A stretch of 64,000 bases of DNA from an uncultured Eubacteriales bacterium (GCA_900317035.1 ONFC01000001.1:462-64461); one strand, 5' to 3'. Counted from the stretch's first letter, positions 30,441 through 40,398 are shown. A program made the numbers and translations. The notes: generated by a model from the sequence alone, not told the origin.

Positions 30441-30674
30441 TCACTCTTCTACGCGGAACGGAGCAAGTGCTTCTACGAGGTCGTCGCATGAGTTGCTGTG
30501 GATCTCGAGATTGATAGCACTCTGAAGCTCGAGGCTGAAGATTCCCATGATGGACTTGGCATCCACTACATAACGGCCGGAGGAAAGATCGACATCATAA
30601 GGAAAAGAATTGACGATCTGGACAAAGTCCTTGACATCGGAGATGGATTGAAAACGAATTGGAAAACGAACCAT
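30441..30674 (-). CDS. HPr-fold protein lacking the His15 phosphorylation site
   Basis: 77 aa. VVDAKSIMGIFSL aligns with the HPr/Crh Ser46 region (VNAKSIMG.MSL). There is no GLHARPA-like motif. The ATG at 30674 is preceded by AGGAGG. Confidence 0.7.
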   Translation of the reverse strand: MVRFPIRFQSISDVKDFVQIVNSFPYDVDLSSGRYVVDAKSIMGIFSLELQSAINLEIHSNSCDDLVEALAPFRVEE

Positions 30675-30805
30675 GCTGTTTCCTCCTATGGCGAAAATAC
30701 TATGAAAATAGTTTATCACAGGAGTCTGCTATGTCAATGTGGAAATCATTGAAAGAATAGAGAATATGGGTATAATAAGTTCATCAATTTGACGAAAGGT
30801 TATCT

Positions 30806-32107
30806 ATGGCATATCAGGTATATTTTCAAACCTTGGGATGTAAGGTCAACTCCTATGAAACCGCCGCAATTGCGAAACTTCTTGCTGAAGAAGGATTTGA
30901 GGAGACGCAGTCCTGTGAAAATGCGGATGTCTATGTGATCAATACCTGCGCGGTCACTGGAGAGGCGGACAGGAAGTCCCGGCAGATGATCAGAAGGGCC
31001 AAGCGTCTCGCACCGCATGCGGTCGTTGTCGCTATGGGCTGTCATACCCAGATGTGCCGTGATGAAGAAGGCGCCGATATCGTCGTCGGAACGGATGACC
31101 GTCCGGCCCTGATCCCGCTTCTTAAAGAAAGACTGAAGATCCAGGACGGGGAGAAGAACTGCGATGATCTCGATGCCGGGACACGTTTCTTCGAGTATGG
31201 TTCTGTCAATTATCAGGAGAACACCCGCGCGGTCGTGAAGATCGAGGACGGATGCAATAATTTCTGTACATACTGTATCATCCCGTATTCCCGTGGCCGT
31301 GTAAGGAGCAGAAGCAGGGAAGCGATCCTTTCCGAGATCCGCGATATGGCCGGTAAAGGCTATCGCGAATTCGTAATTACCGGCATCCATCTGTGTTCTT
31401 TTGAAAAAGAACTCGGCCGTGACAGCATGGCGCTGGGGGAACTTCTTACGGAGATTGCCGCGATCGATGGTGTCGAGAGGATCCGGCTCGGTTCTCTCGA
31501 ACCGTCCTGTATGACGCCTGAGCTGATAGATGTACTTAAGGGTATCCCACAGATCTGCCCGCATTTCCATCTTTCGCTGCAAAGCGGATCTGACTCCGTG
31601 TTAAAGCGAATGAACAGAAAATATGATACTGAAGTATTCCGGAGAGTCGCAGCTGACCTGAGAAGTGCTTTTGCGGATGCAAGTCTGACAACAGACATGA
31701 TCTGCGGTTTTCCGGGTGAAACGGATGCCGAACATCAGGAATCGTGTGCTTTTGCCAGAGAAATCGGGTTTACGCATATCCATGTTTTCCCGTTCTCGCC
31801 TAGGGAAGGAACCAAGGCCTGGAATATGGAAGGTCAGATCGATGGTGCTGTAAAAGCGGCTCGGACGGCTGAGCTGAGAGGTATTTCCGATGAGATGGAA
31901 AAAGCACGTGCAGAGGAGTTTGTCGGGAAAAATGTGCAGGTCCTTCTGGAGCGTCAGCTGGAAGATGGGACGTGGGAAGGCTATTGCCGGGAGTACATCC
32001 GCGTTATCGTGTCGGCAGATCCTGCACTTCAGGCTGGAAAGATCGTGGACGTAAACATCCGCGAAACAAGGGACTTTTCGGTCGCCGGATGTGTTTCCCA
32101 CGAATAA
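30806..32107 (+). CDS. mtaB: tRNA (N6-threonylcarbamoyladenosine-37) methylthiotransferase MtaB
   Basis: 433 aa. N-terminal YFQTLGCKVNSYE (UPF0004 domain), radical SAM motif CNNFCTYCIIP, C-terminal TRAM-like region. Confidence 0.85.
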   Translation: MAYQVYFQTLGCKVNSYETAAIAKLLAEEGFEETQSCENADVYVINTCAVTGEADRKSRQMIRRAKRLAPHAVVVAMGCHTQMCRDEEGADIVVGTDDRPALIPLLKERLKIQDGEKNCDDLDAGTRFFEYGSVNYQENTRAVVKIEDGCNNFCTYCIIPYSRGRVRSRSREAILSEIRDMAGKGYREFVITGIHLCSFEKELGRDSMALGELLTEIAAIDGVERIRLGSLEPSCMTPELIDVLKGIPQICPHFHLSLQSGSDSVLKRMNRKYDTEVFRRVAADLRSAFADASLTTDMICGFPGETDAEHQESCAFAREIGFTHIHVFPFSPREGTKAWNMEGQIDGAVKAARTAELRGISDEMEKARAEEFVGKNVQVLLERQLEDGTWEGYCREYIRVIVSADPALQAGKIVDVNIRETRDFSVAGCVSHE

Positions 32108-32236
32108 ACTGCCCGTTTTTTGCTAAAAAAACACAAAAAAATTAACAAGCATGACAAATTTATAATGAAAAGTTGATTTCTCATGTGTTAGAATAAGAAC
32201 AGCTTAGTCTTGAGATGATAAGGAGGTGCGTCAACT

Positions 32237-32500
32237 ATGCAGGATTCAGGAACAGCCAGATTCTCTTTCAATATGGAAAGATCAGAAGATGCTAAAGTTT
32301 TGATGATGCAGGTCTTGGATGCATTGCAGGAGAAGGGCTATAACCCGATCAATCAGCTGGTAGGATACTTTATGTCCGGCGACCCGACTTATATTACGAA
32401 TTATAAGGGTGCACGCGGCATCATCCGCCGTATGGAGCGCGATGAACTTCTCGAAGTTATCGTGCGCGAATATTGCGAGCGTCTGGCAGACGATAATTGA
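32237..32500 (+). CDS. IreB family regulatory phosphoprotein (UPF0297)
   Basis: 87 aa. ...[38 protein letters not shown]... is the family signature. It lies upstream of ruvX, as is usual. Confidence 0.85.
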   Translation: MQDSGTARFSFNMERSEDAKVLMMQVLDALQEKGYNPINQLVGYFMSGDPTYITNYKGARGIIRRMERDELLEVIVREYCERLADDN

Positions 32501-32519
32501 ATCAGGAGAAATTTGAAGA

Positions 32520-32942
32520 ATGAGTCGGGTAATGGCCATTGATTTCGGCATGCGAAGGATCGGTGTGGCTGTGTCCGACCCTCTTCGTATTATGGCGTCC
32601 GGTCTGGAGACGATCAACTGGAACGGCGTCGATAGTGATTATGCGATAGACCGGCTGGCACAGATCGTGAAAGAGATGGAGATCTCTGAGATCGTACTGG
32701 GGCGGCCGAGCCGCACGGACGGTACGGTCAGTGAATCAGAAGAAAAAGCAGTGCTTTTCGGGCAGCTTCTGGAAGAAAAGGTCGGGATCAAGCCTGTTTT
32801 CCGGGATGAGAGATATACCACGGTGATTGCTTCCCAGTTTCTGAGGAGTACAGGTGTTTCCGGGAAGAATAAAAAGAAAGTCGTGGACCAGGTCGCGGCG
32901 GAGATCATTTTACAGGAATATCTCGATATTTCCCGAGCATAA
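32520..32942 (+). CDS. ruvX: Holliday junction resolvase-like protein RuvX/YqgF
   Basis: 140 aa. RVMAIDFG.RRIGVAVSD at the N-terminus; ...DER.TT..A. Confidence 0.9.
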   Translation: MSRVMAIDFGMRRIGVAVSDPLRIMASGLETINWNGVDSDYAIDRLAQIVKEMEISEIVLGRPSRTDGTVSESEEKAVLFGQLLEEKVGIKPVFRDERYTTVIASQFLRSTGVSGKNKKKVVDQVAAEIILQEYLDISRA

Positions 32943-33020
32943 GAAGATATTCATGATATAATGTATAAAAAGCCGCTCTCATGTGGCACATTTGGTTTAG
33001 AAGATTCGGAGGACGGTATT

Positions 33021-33392
33021 ATGTTATTTGATTGTGGACGTAGCTGTGATAATGGCGATTGTGATAACTGTGAAGAAAACATCGAAGGCATCGAAGAGAT
33101 CTATGATGATGAAGCGATCATTACCATGGTCGATGCCGAGAGTGGTGAAGAATACCAGTTTGCAATGGTAGATGATTTCGAGTATAAGGATCAGTCCTAC
33201 TGCGTTCTGGTTACTACGGATGAGGAAGAGCCTGAGATGGTCATCACCAAGGTCGTTAAGATGGAAGACGGTGAAGAGGGCCTGATGAGTCTCGATGAAG
33301 AGGAAGCAGACGAGATCTACGAAGAGTATGACCGTCTTTGCGCGGAGGCTGAGCTCGACGATGAAGAAGACTTCTCAGACGAAGAAGAGTAA
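33021..33392 (+). CDS. DUF1292 (UPF0473) family acidic protein
   Basis: The core ...ITMVDAESGEEYQFAMVDDFEYKDQSYCVLV... with a highly acidic C-terminus. The ATG at 33021 is preceded by GGAGGA, and the position after ruvX is the conserved synteny. Confidence 0.7.
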   Translation: MLFDCGRSCDNGDCDNCEENIEGIEEIYDDEAIITMVDAESGEEYQFAMVDDFEYKDQSYCVLVTTDEEEPEMVITKVVKMEDGEEGLMSLDEEEADEIYEEYDRLCAEAELDDEEDFSDEEE

Positions 33393-33771
33393 ATCCAAAT
33401 CCATACGACAGCCGATTTTTACGCATCATTCTCCGAAGGAGGGTGATGCGCTTGCTGTTATTCGCGATGCGAGTAACGGGAAAGAGTATTATCTTTCTAT
33501 GATCGATACATTTATGATCGAGAAGATCGAGTACGCGGTGATGTACAACTACGAACCGGATGACGGAAACCATGCCGATCCGGAACTGGTGATCATGCGA
33601 ACCGAGTATGCGAAGAATGGCGACCAGTATTTCTACTCCATCAAGAATGAGAGTGAGCTTGAAGCTGCTTTTACCGTGTTCATGCGCAGATATGCCGCGA
33701 ATGTAAAGCAGACGAAGAAAAAGAGTACGGTCAGAACACCGATGCCTTCCGGGAATGAGGACCACGTATGA
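33361..33771 (+). CDS. second DUF1292-like protein
   Basis: ...VIRDASNGKEYYLSMIDTFMIEKIEYAVMY... repeats the DUF1292 pattern. The start is uncertain; the ATG at 33361 overlaps the previous gene by 32 nt. Confidence 0.5.
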   Translation: MKKTSQTKKSKSKSIRQPIFTHHSPKEGDALAVIRDASNGKEYYLSMIDTFMIEKIEYAVMYNYEPDDGNHADPELVIMRTEYAKNGDQYFYSIKNESELEAAFTVFMRRYAANVKQTKKKSTVRTPMPSGNEDHV

Positions 33772-34625
33772 GTAACCGGCGCAAGTTTGCCTTCCGGTTT
33801 CTTTTGGTTCCGGTTATATGTATCCTTGCGTATTTTACGGTGATCTTTATGGCAGCATTGCCGGTTGCTGCTTTTTGTGGAGAGAATTATCTCGATTATG
33901 AGGGAACGATCTACTTTGTGGAGGGGATCATCGGTGTTGTTGCCATCACATTATGGATCCTTATCCGAAAGAACAGCTCCGCTTCTATTCCGCCTTGCTC
34001 GCCGGGAAATCCCATCGACTGGACATTTGGTATCCTTTCGGCGCTGACGATGCTGGGGATAGCCGTCATTTATTTCTATCTTGCATCGCATATGTCCGTT
34101 TCTTTTGTGAAAAAAGCACTGGAAGATTACGATGATATGATGGAAGTCCGCAGCGTGACCAGGCTCGATGTATATTTGAATGCGATTGCCACCTGCTTTA
34201 TGATCCCGGTTATTGAGGAAGTGCTTTTCCGTGGGATCATTCTTGAGGGAATGCTCGAATTCAAGCGCCCTGTGCTGGCGATCGTTTTCAGTTCCCTGTA
34301 TTTTGGCGGTATGCATGGTCAGATCGTTCAGATCGGATATGCACTTCTGGCCGGAATGATCCTGGGGGCTGTTTACTATCTTACCCGAAACCTTCTTATG
34401 TCGATATTGGCGCATATTATCTTTAATATCTTCGGGAGTGGGATATATCTGCTGTTTAACGTTTCGGAAAAAGCGGATAATGTGCTTACCATTATTCAGA
34501 TCGCTTCGATCCTGCCCTTTACAGTATTGTTCATCTACATCGTATGGAAGAAAAAGAAAGATGCCCGTGTAAAGAACGGTGAAACCAGGGGCGAAGGTAT
34601 AACTGCAGGGGAGGAAAGCGTATGA
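33768..34625 (+). CDS. CPBP family intramembrane glutamic endopeptidase (CAAX protease family)
   Basis: 285 aa, polytopic. Motif 1 is EEVLFRG. Later motifs are FGGMH and AHIIFN. Confidence 0.85.
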   Translation: MSNRRKFAFRFLLVPVICILAYFTVIFMAALPVAAFCGENYLDYEGTIYFVEGIIGVVAITLWILIRKNSSASIPPCSPGNPIDWTFGILSALTMLGIAVIYFYLASHMSVSFVKKALEDYDDMMEVRSVTRLDVYLNAIATCFMIPVIEEVLFRGIILEGMLEFKRPVLAIVFSSLYFGGMHGQIVQIGYALLAGMILGAVYYLTRNLLMSILAHIIFNIFGSGIYLLFNVSEKADNVLTIIQIASILPFTVLFIYIVWKKKKDARVKNGETRGEGITAGEESV

Positions 34626-37600
34626 TCGGTTCTATCCGTAAGATGTTCAGACGGGACCGGCGGGTGCATAAGCGTCCGTTTCTGACGGCTGTCACCGTGT
34701 TTATCGTATTCCTTCTCGGCGCATCGATTCTGTTTGTCAATCTCGGTATCTTACGGATGTCTTCTGACTATCCGAAGGTGGCGGTGCAGCGCGATCCTTC
34801 CGGTGTAGTATCTTCCGGCCTGGCGGTGAATCTGTCCTATATTCCTTCGACGAATCTGGTGTGGGATCCTTCGTTTGAAAATTACTATTCGGAAGCGGTC
34901 TTTAGCGTGGCGGAAGCCCGCGGCGATTCCGTATTTCTCCACAACGAAGCAGAAGACGGTTCGAAGCTTTCCGGGGTAAATAAAGACGGAAGTCTCCGTA
35001 TCCTTTCCTATGATGAAGAAGGCCAGCTGAATCAGGTCGTACGTGCAGGTGTTCTTGACTTTCAGACCGAGCAGCTCGGTATCTGGCGTCCTGTCGACAG
35101 TGAGCAGCAGGGCGGGCTCTATGTAAATAAGATCCGTTCATCGGAAAACGGCATGCTGATCCTTCTGAATAACGGGGAGATCCTTTCTGATCTTAGCGCT
35201 GCGGCATCGGATAATCTTACCCCGCCTGAAGATGATAATTTTGCAGATGTGTCGCTTACCGGTTCGCATTATTATGCGGTTACTAAGAAAGGTATTTTCT
35301 ATTTCTCGGCAAACGGTAAGACCTGGGATAATGTATCCGGCGGACAGAACGACGTTGAGGTCAATGCACTGACGAACCTTGGAAAACTCGGGATCGCATG
35401 TGGCGCCGGCGGAAAGATAATGGTCTGCGATACTTCGTCTGTCATTTCCCCTCTGTCCGGAACAGAGAATGATTTCTATACTGCGGCTACAAACGATTCC
35501 AGAGCACTGCTGGCCGGATCCGGCGGATATGCCTGTACGACAGTAAATGGTACGATGTTCCGTCCGCTGACAAAAGATGAGCTTGAAACCAAAGAAGGAG
35601 ATGAATGGGTCATTTCCGGATATTCTGAGGGAGAGTTCGTCCTTATCGGCCGTCATGGTGAAGTAGCTATCGGTACTGTCGATGAGGAGAAAGATCTTTT
35701 CAGTTTCACCCGATATGAGGCTGTTCTTCCGGATTCCATCGAACCGAAACAGATCTCCGTGTTTTCCGGCGGCGACATCTGGGTGCTTACGGATAACGGC
35801 TTTATCTATGCGTTCTCCCGAAGTAGGGACAGCTGGCATCAGATATTTGCCGAGAAAGATAACGGGATCGATGCGATCTGTCATTCCTCGGGTGACAGCA
35901 TCCTGATTTCCAGAGGCGGCACTCTATATTCAGCTTCAATGTACACAAAAGTCACGCTTGATCATTCTATCGGAGATATCGAGATCCAAAATGGAGATAT
36001 GTGCCTGATAACGTCGCCTGTTCCGTCGGTGTCCGGTTCCGAAGGAAATGCCTGGAGTGCTTTTGGAGCGGAAACAAAGACCCAGATCGTCTCTTCTGCG
36101 CCTAAAACGGCCGGTGCAAAAGCACTTCGTGTCTCATCCTCGAACAAGGATGCTAAAGAAGCGCATTTTATCTCCCAGGTGATTTCGAGAGATGAAGTTA
36201 GCCCTCTTAAAGAAAAAGTCTTTTATCATGTCCGGCTGTGGCTGAAACAGACGAATATAGAAAAAGAAGAAGTGCTGTTTTGGATATCCGGTCTTTCTGA
36301 ACCTATCGGCACGACTTTTACTAGTGTCAATGGCAACTGGAAAGAGTATACGTTTACATTTGCCTGGCCGTCGGAAAAGATCTCCGCGGAAGACATGGAG
36401 ATCCGCCTGAATATCGGATTTTATGGAAGCGGGGATATGTTTGTCGACTCTGTCCGTCTCGAAAGAGAAGCCAATTCTTCTCCGAAGATCAAGCCCGAGG
36501 TTGTAGATCTGATCTCAGACAGCCATCCGGAGTTCCTGCGCCTTGAAAGCCTGGCGCTTGGAAGGCTCGGAAGTAATATTTCATCGAATCTTTCTCAGAT
36601 CGGAAATGAACGCGTTACTGCCGACAGAAAAGGGAATATCACAGATAGCGGCGTTATCTCTCTGGAGTCGACGCTGCGGCTGGTAAAGCAGGTGGGCGCA
36701 AAACCGTGGCTCGTAATCGATTCGTCGTTTGGATCAGAAGAAATGGATGTGCTTCTCGGTTATGTCAGCGGAGGTATCACGGATACATATGGAAAGATCC
36801 GTGTAGATAACGGAACTGCTGTGCCGTGGAATAAACAGTTTGAAAAAATCGTTATTGAATTCGCTGATCAGGATGCCCTTTTTGAGACGGATCTTCAGAG
36901 AAGAGCATATGTAGATTTTATGATCTCACTGATCGTGAACTCCAAATACTATTCTGACCTTAAGGATAAACTGTTCTTCGTTGATGGAATGAACTATGAA
37001 AGCGGTACGATGACATCATCGGCAGACTATCATGTCTCGTCCCTGAATATCGGAAATCATGCAGAGAATAAGAATTCCGACGCTTCTGTAAAGGATATGA
37101 GCACCCTCATCAGCAGTGCATATACGGACTATGTGGATGCTATCCCGAGGAATGCTTCCTACATTCAGGATACGACAGGTGAGTGGATCGGTGATCTCTC
37201 ATTCTCTATTGTATCCTCCCGTGTATCAGAGAATCAGATCGTATTTGACGAGAATTCCCTGAGTGCGGCGGAAATCGTGGAGATCCTTCTGAAAGACCTC
37301 GGTGACCATACCTCGATGATCGCGGTCGATCTTCCGATCAGCAGAGCAGGCGGTGATGCTGACAGTGATTATCTTTTTGCTCCGGATAATGATACGATGG
37401 CGAACAGAAAAATCAAGACAGCAAACATGAAGACAATGATGCGGCTGGTCGGAGTGCTTACCGGTGCAGCAAAAGGCGGAAAGACCGATACTGTCTGGAT
37501 GGTACCTCTGTCACACCAGAAGGATGAGGATTATACGATCGGCCTTCACTCCTTTGCCTATGTTTCAGATAAGAATATCTATCTTATCGTTACCAATCCG

Positions 37601-37783
37601 ACCAAGGAACAGCAGCAGTTCCTGATCGAATCGCATACTTCGATGAAAAATGTCTCTGTAAAGCGGTATTCGGCTGAAGGAGAGGAGATCGCACTGGCCT
37701 CCACCAAGAACTTCTTTAATGGAAATGAACGCAGATATACGCTTCAGCCCGGGCAATTCTGCATCGCTGTGATGCCTCTGTAA
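34622..37783 (+). CDS. large membrane-anchored extracytoplasmic protein with beta-propeller-like, CBM4/9-like and C-terminal glycosidase-like regions
   Basis: 1053 aa. N-terminal TM (FLTAVTVFIVFLLGASILFV). BNR/Asp-box-like segments (SANGKTWDNV). A CBM-like segment (NAWSAFG...ALRVSS...NGNWKEYTFTF...VDSVRLE). ATGA overlap with the CPBP gene. Confidence 0.6.
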   Translation: MIGSIRKMFRRDRRVHKRPFLTAVTVFIVFLLGASILFVNLGILRMSSDYPKVAVQRDPSGVVSSGLAVNLSYIPSTNLVWDPSFENYYSEAVFSVAEARGDSVFLHNEAEDGSKLSGVNKDGSLRILSYDEEGQLNQVVRAGVLDFQTEQLGIWRPVDSEQQGGLYVNKIRSSENGMLILLNNGEILSDLSAAASDNLTPPEDDNFADVSLTGSHYYAVTKKGIFYFSANGKTWDNVSGGQNDVEVNALTNLGKLGIACGAGGKIMVCDTSSVISPLSGTENDFYTAATNDSRALLAGSGGYACTTVNGTMFRPLTKDELETKEGDEWVISGYSEGEFVLIGRHGEVAIGTVDEEKDLFSFTRYEAVLPDSIEPKQISVFSGGDIWVLTDNGFIYAFSRSRDSWHQIFAEKDNGIDAICHSSGDSILISRGGTLYSASMYTKVTLDHSIGDIEIQNGDMCLITSPVPSVSGSEGNAWSAFGAETKTQIVSSAPKTAGAKALRVSSSNKDAKEAHFISQVISRDEVSPLKEKVFYHVRLWLKQTNIEKEEVLFWISGLSEPIGTTFTSVNGNWKEYTFTFAWPSEKISAEDMEIRLNIGFYGSGDMFVDSVRLEREANSSPKIKPEVVDLISDSHPEFLRLESLALGRLGSNISSNLSQIGNERVTADRKGNITDSGVISLESTLRLVKQVGAKPWLVIDSSFGSEEMDVLLGYVSGGITDTYGKIRVDNGTAVPWNKQFEKIVIEFADQDALFETDLQRRAYVDFMISLIVNSKYYSDLKDKLFFVDGMNYESGTMTSSADYHVSSLNIGNHAENKNSDASVKDMSTLISSAYTDYVDAIPRNASYIQDTTGEWIGDLSFSIVSSRVSENQIVFDENSLSAAEIVEILLKDLGDHTSMIAVDLPISRAGGDADSDYLFAPDNDTMANRKIKTANMKTMMRLVGVLTGAAKGGKTDTVWMVPLSHQKDEDYTIGLHSFAYVSDKNIYLIVTNPTKEQQQFLIESHTSMKNVSVKRYSAEGEEIALASTKNFFNGNERRYTLQPGQFCIAVMPL

Positions 37784-37905
37784 CGTGATAGTTATCCATT
37801 TTCTAAACATTAGAAATAAAACATGATATAATAAATAGTGGCTTACGCTTGGGAATATGAAAGAGCCGGCGTATTTTGTAGTTTTTGATCAGGAGGGTTT
37901 CAAAT

Positions 37906-38697
37906 ATGATTTGTCCTAATTGTCAGTCTGAGTTTCCGGATGGAGTAAAATTCTGTTCATCCTGCGGTACGCCGCTGACTGCTCCGGTGGAGAAGGTGGA
38001 AGAGGCTATTGCTGAAGTTAACGAAGAGCTTTCGGTCCCGGAAGTTCAGGAAGTTCCCACAGAGGATATGCCGAGCGCATCCTTTGATCCGGGTGCTCCG
38101 ATCGCTATGCCGAAACAGGCAGACGAGGCTGTTTCATCTGAGATCTCTTCCGTTATTCCTGAGGCTTCTGTACCTGAGGTAGCACCGGTAGAAGAAGTGC
38201 TGCCCGAGTATCCGCAGACGGCACCGGCCTTTGCACCGGCACCGGCTCCGGCATTTACACCTGCTCCTGCACCTGCAGTATCTGAACCGGTGATCGCTCC
38301 GATCCCGGCACCGTCACCGATTTCCCTTACTCCGGAGACAGTACCTGCACCGGTTGTTTCAGCAAATGATAATTCTTTAAAGAATTTTGCAGATGATAAG
38401 AATGCTGACCAGAAAGTACTGAAGACGGGTACTGCATTCTGGCTGAGTCTTCTTTTTGCAATTCCGGTTATCGGTCTGATCTTTGCCATCATTTTTGCAG
38501 CATCCGGCAAGAAGTGTCAGAGCCGCAAGAACTTCGCGAAGGCTGCACTTATCTGGCATATCCTTCTTATTATCATTGCTCTTTCTCTGGTTATCGTTTG
38601 CCATTTCCTTGCTCCGGATCTCTTTGATGCGGTGATCAACGGTACAGCATATGATGTGATCGACGAACTGGATAAGATCATTCCTTTCATCGCATAA
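37906..38697 (+). CDS. zinc-ribbon protein with Pro/Ala-rich linker and C-terminal TM helices
   Basis: MICPNCQSEFPDGVKFCSSCG zinc ribbon, a PAPAPAFTPAPAPA linker and 2 TM helices. RBS AGGAGGG upstream. Confidence 0.6.
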   Translation: MICPNCQSEFPDGVKFCSSCGTPLTAPVEKVEEAIAEVNEELSVPEVQEVPTEDMPSASFDPGAPIAMPKQADEAVSSEISSVIPEASVPEVAPVEEVLPEYPQTAPAFAPAPAPAFTPAPAPAVSEPVIAPIPAPSPISLTPETVPAPVVSANDNSLKNFADDKNADQKVLKTGTAFWLSLLFAIPVIGLIFAIIFAASGKKCQSRKNFAKAALIWHILLIIIALSLVIVCHFLAPDLFDAVINGTAYDVIDELDKIIPFIA

Positions 38698-38842
38698 CGG
38701 CTGTATAGTGCTTTTTCTTTGAGATAAAAAGGAATTGCAATTGCTATCTGCCTGTTTAGAAGTTGTAACATTGTTTCACTAAAATGATAGCTGTGGATGT
38801 TTATGAAGCGTCCACAGCTATTCTTATGTGAGGTGAAACGCC

Positions 38843-39475
38843 ATGTTTGAGAATGAAGAATTGATTTCGAAAAAGCAGCTTCTGCGTGTGGCACGTATTT
38901 CCTATGGTACACTTTACCGCTGGAAAAGAATGAATCTTATCCCTGAGAGCTGGTTTATTCACAAAGCTACCAAGACAGGACAGGAGACGTTTCTCCCGAG
39001 AGACCGGGTACTTGCGCGTATCGAGCGGATCCAGGATCTTAAGGGCGAGCTCACAGTTGAGCAGCTTCAGGAGATCTTCTCTCCAAATGTAAAGAGCTTC
39101 CTGATCCCGGTGGAAGACTTCATAAAACTGAATCTGGTCTCCAAGATCTCGATGACTGTTTTTACTTCTGTTTTCCCGGACAAGAAGAATATGAAATTTG
39201 ATGATGTGTTCGGTGTGTATGTGATCGATCATCTCATGCGTCTTTCCGGGATCTATCTGGAAGATGCAAAGCAGATTCTCCGCATGCTTAGCAAATATCT
39301 TGCCAGCCAGCCGAGTAAGGAGTATCAGCTCCTGCTGCTGCGTAAACTCGGTGTTCCGATGACACTTCTGGTAAAAGAGGATGAGGATATTCTTTTAGAG
39401 GACAATACGGAAGTGGTAGCATGCGCAAATCTTTCTGATTTTGAAGAGGCACTTAAAGGACAACTGATCGCATAA
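38843..39475 (+). CDS. YhbD/DUF4004-family HTH protein
   Basis: The N-terminus LISKKQLLRVARISYGTLYRWKRMNLIPESWFI.K.T.TGQETF.PR..VL.RIE.I closely follows the B. subtilis YhbD pattern as I recall it. Confidence 0.55.
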   Translation: MFENEELISKKQLLRVARISYGTLYRWKRMNLIPESWFIHKATKTGQETFLPRDRVLARIERIQDLKGELTVEQLQEIFSPNVKSFLIPVEDFIKLNLVSKISMTVFTSVFPDKKNMKFDDVFGVYVIDHLMRLSGIYLEDAKQILRMLSKYLASQPSKEYQLLLLRKLGVPMTLLVKEDEDILLEDNTEVVACANLSDFEEALKGQLIA

Positions 39476-39489
39476 TCTGGAGGTAAGCT

Positions 39490-39846
39490 GTGGAAAACAT
39501 CAACTCACGCTTTGAAGTATTAAGTGATTCCACCCGTATGCAGATCCTTTCGATTTTATCTGAAGGGAAAAAGCTCCGTGCGAAAGATATTCTGGAGCAT
39601 CTTAAGATCTCGCAGCCGACGCTGTCGCATCATATGCAGCTTCTGGTCGCTGAAGAGATCGTTTCGGTGAATAAGATCGGACGTGAGTGTTTCTACAACA
39701 TCAATGAAGCCAGTATCCTTTCGATGATCTCCAGTCTTCAGAGCCTTGTCTCCGTAAAAGAAGAAAAGGTGAAAGAAGTAAAGGAAGATCGCGAGAAGAA
39801 AGATAAGAAAGAAAAGAAAAAGAAGAAGAAAGACAAGAAAAAATAG
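39490..39846 (+). CDS. ArsR/SmtB family transcriptional regulator with Lys-rich tail
   Basis: LSD.TRMQILSIL..G...A.DILE.L.ISQPTLSHHM..L winged HTH. GTG start. C-terminal tail KEDREKKDKKEKKKKKKDKKK. Confidence 0.8.
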   Translation: MENINSRFEVLSDSTRMQILSILSEGKKLRAKDILEHLKISQPTLSHHMQLLVAEEIVSVNKIGRECFYNINEASILSMISSLQSLVSVKEEKVKEVKEDREKKDKKEKKKKKKDKKK

Positions 39847-39909
39847 TTCACAAATTATTCCGAAAGGAATATAGTGGAATAAAGTAAAAAACAAACGGAG
39901 GGTTGTTTT

Positions 39910-40374
39910 ATGTGGAAAGATTTTAAAGCTTTTCTTATGAGAGGAAACGTTATCGACCTGGCAACCGCAGTTGTTATCGGTGCCGCTTTTGGTAAGATCG
40001 TAACAGCACTTGTCGATAACATCATCATGCCTTGCATTGGTATGCTCACATCCGGCGTTGACTTTGCGAACATGAAATATGTTTTAAAAGAAGGCACACT
40101 GAATGCTGAAACGCTTGAAATGGAAGGCGAAGTTGCTATCGGTTATGGTGTTCTGATCAATGCGATCATCCAGTTCATCATCATCGCTTTCGTTATCTTC
40201 ATCGTTATCCGTCTTATGAATAAGGCAAAGGATAAGCTCGCTAAGAAGCAGGAAGAAGAGAAGAAAGAAGAAGAGACACCTGCAGATATCGCTCTTCTTA
40301 CTGAGATCCGCGATCTCCTTAAGAATTCCGACAAGGCAGAAGAAGTTGCTGAAAAACTTGCTGACGCAAAATAA
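39910..40374 (+). CDS. mscL: large-conductance mechanosensitive channel
   Basis: MWKDFKAFLMRGNVIDLATAVVIGAAFGKIV is the MscL signature. Confidence 0.93.
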   Translation: MWKDFKAFLMRGNVIDLATAVVIGAAFGKIVTALVDNIIMPCIGMLTSGVDFANMKYVLKEGTLNAETLEMEGEVAIGYGVLINAIIQFIIIAFVIFIVIRLMNKAKDKLAKKQEEEKKEEETPADIALLTEIRDLLKNSDKAEEVAEKLADAK

Positions 40375-40398
40375 TTCCTTACGGATTTCACTAAAGAA

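Noticed and set aside
30386-30800. Expected smpB and tmRNA (ssrA) downstream of secG-rnr, as in many Firmicutes.
   Set aside because: rnr is followed directly by a bidirectional terminator and a convergent HPr-like gene. I found no tRNA-like 3' end or tag-peptide reading frame here.
38789-38820. Hairpin AGCTGTGGA...TCCACAGCT upstream of the YhbD-like gene as a possible riboswitch or attenuator.
   Set aside because: It is a single 9-bp stem with a short T-poor tail in a 145-nt intergenic region. It is more simply a weak terminator for the upstream zinc-ribbon gene, and no conserved riboswitch core is recognisable.
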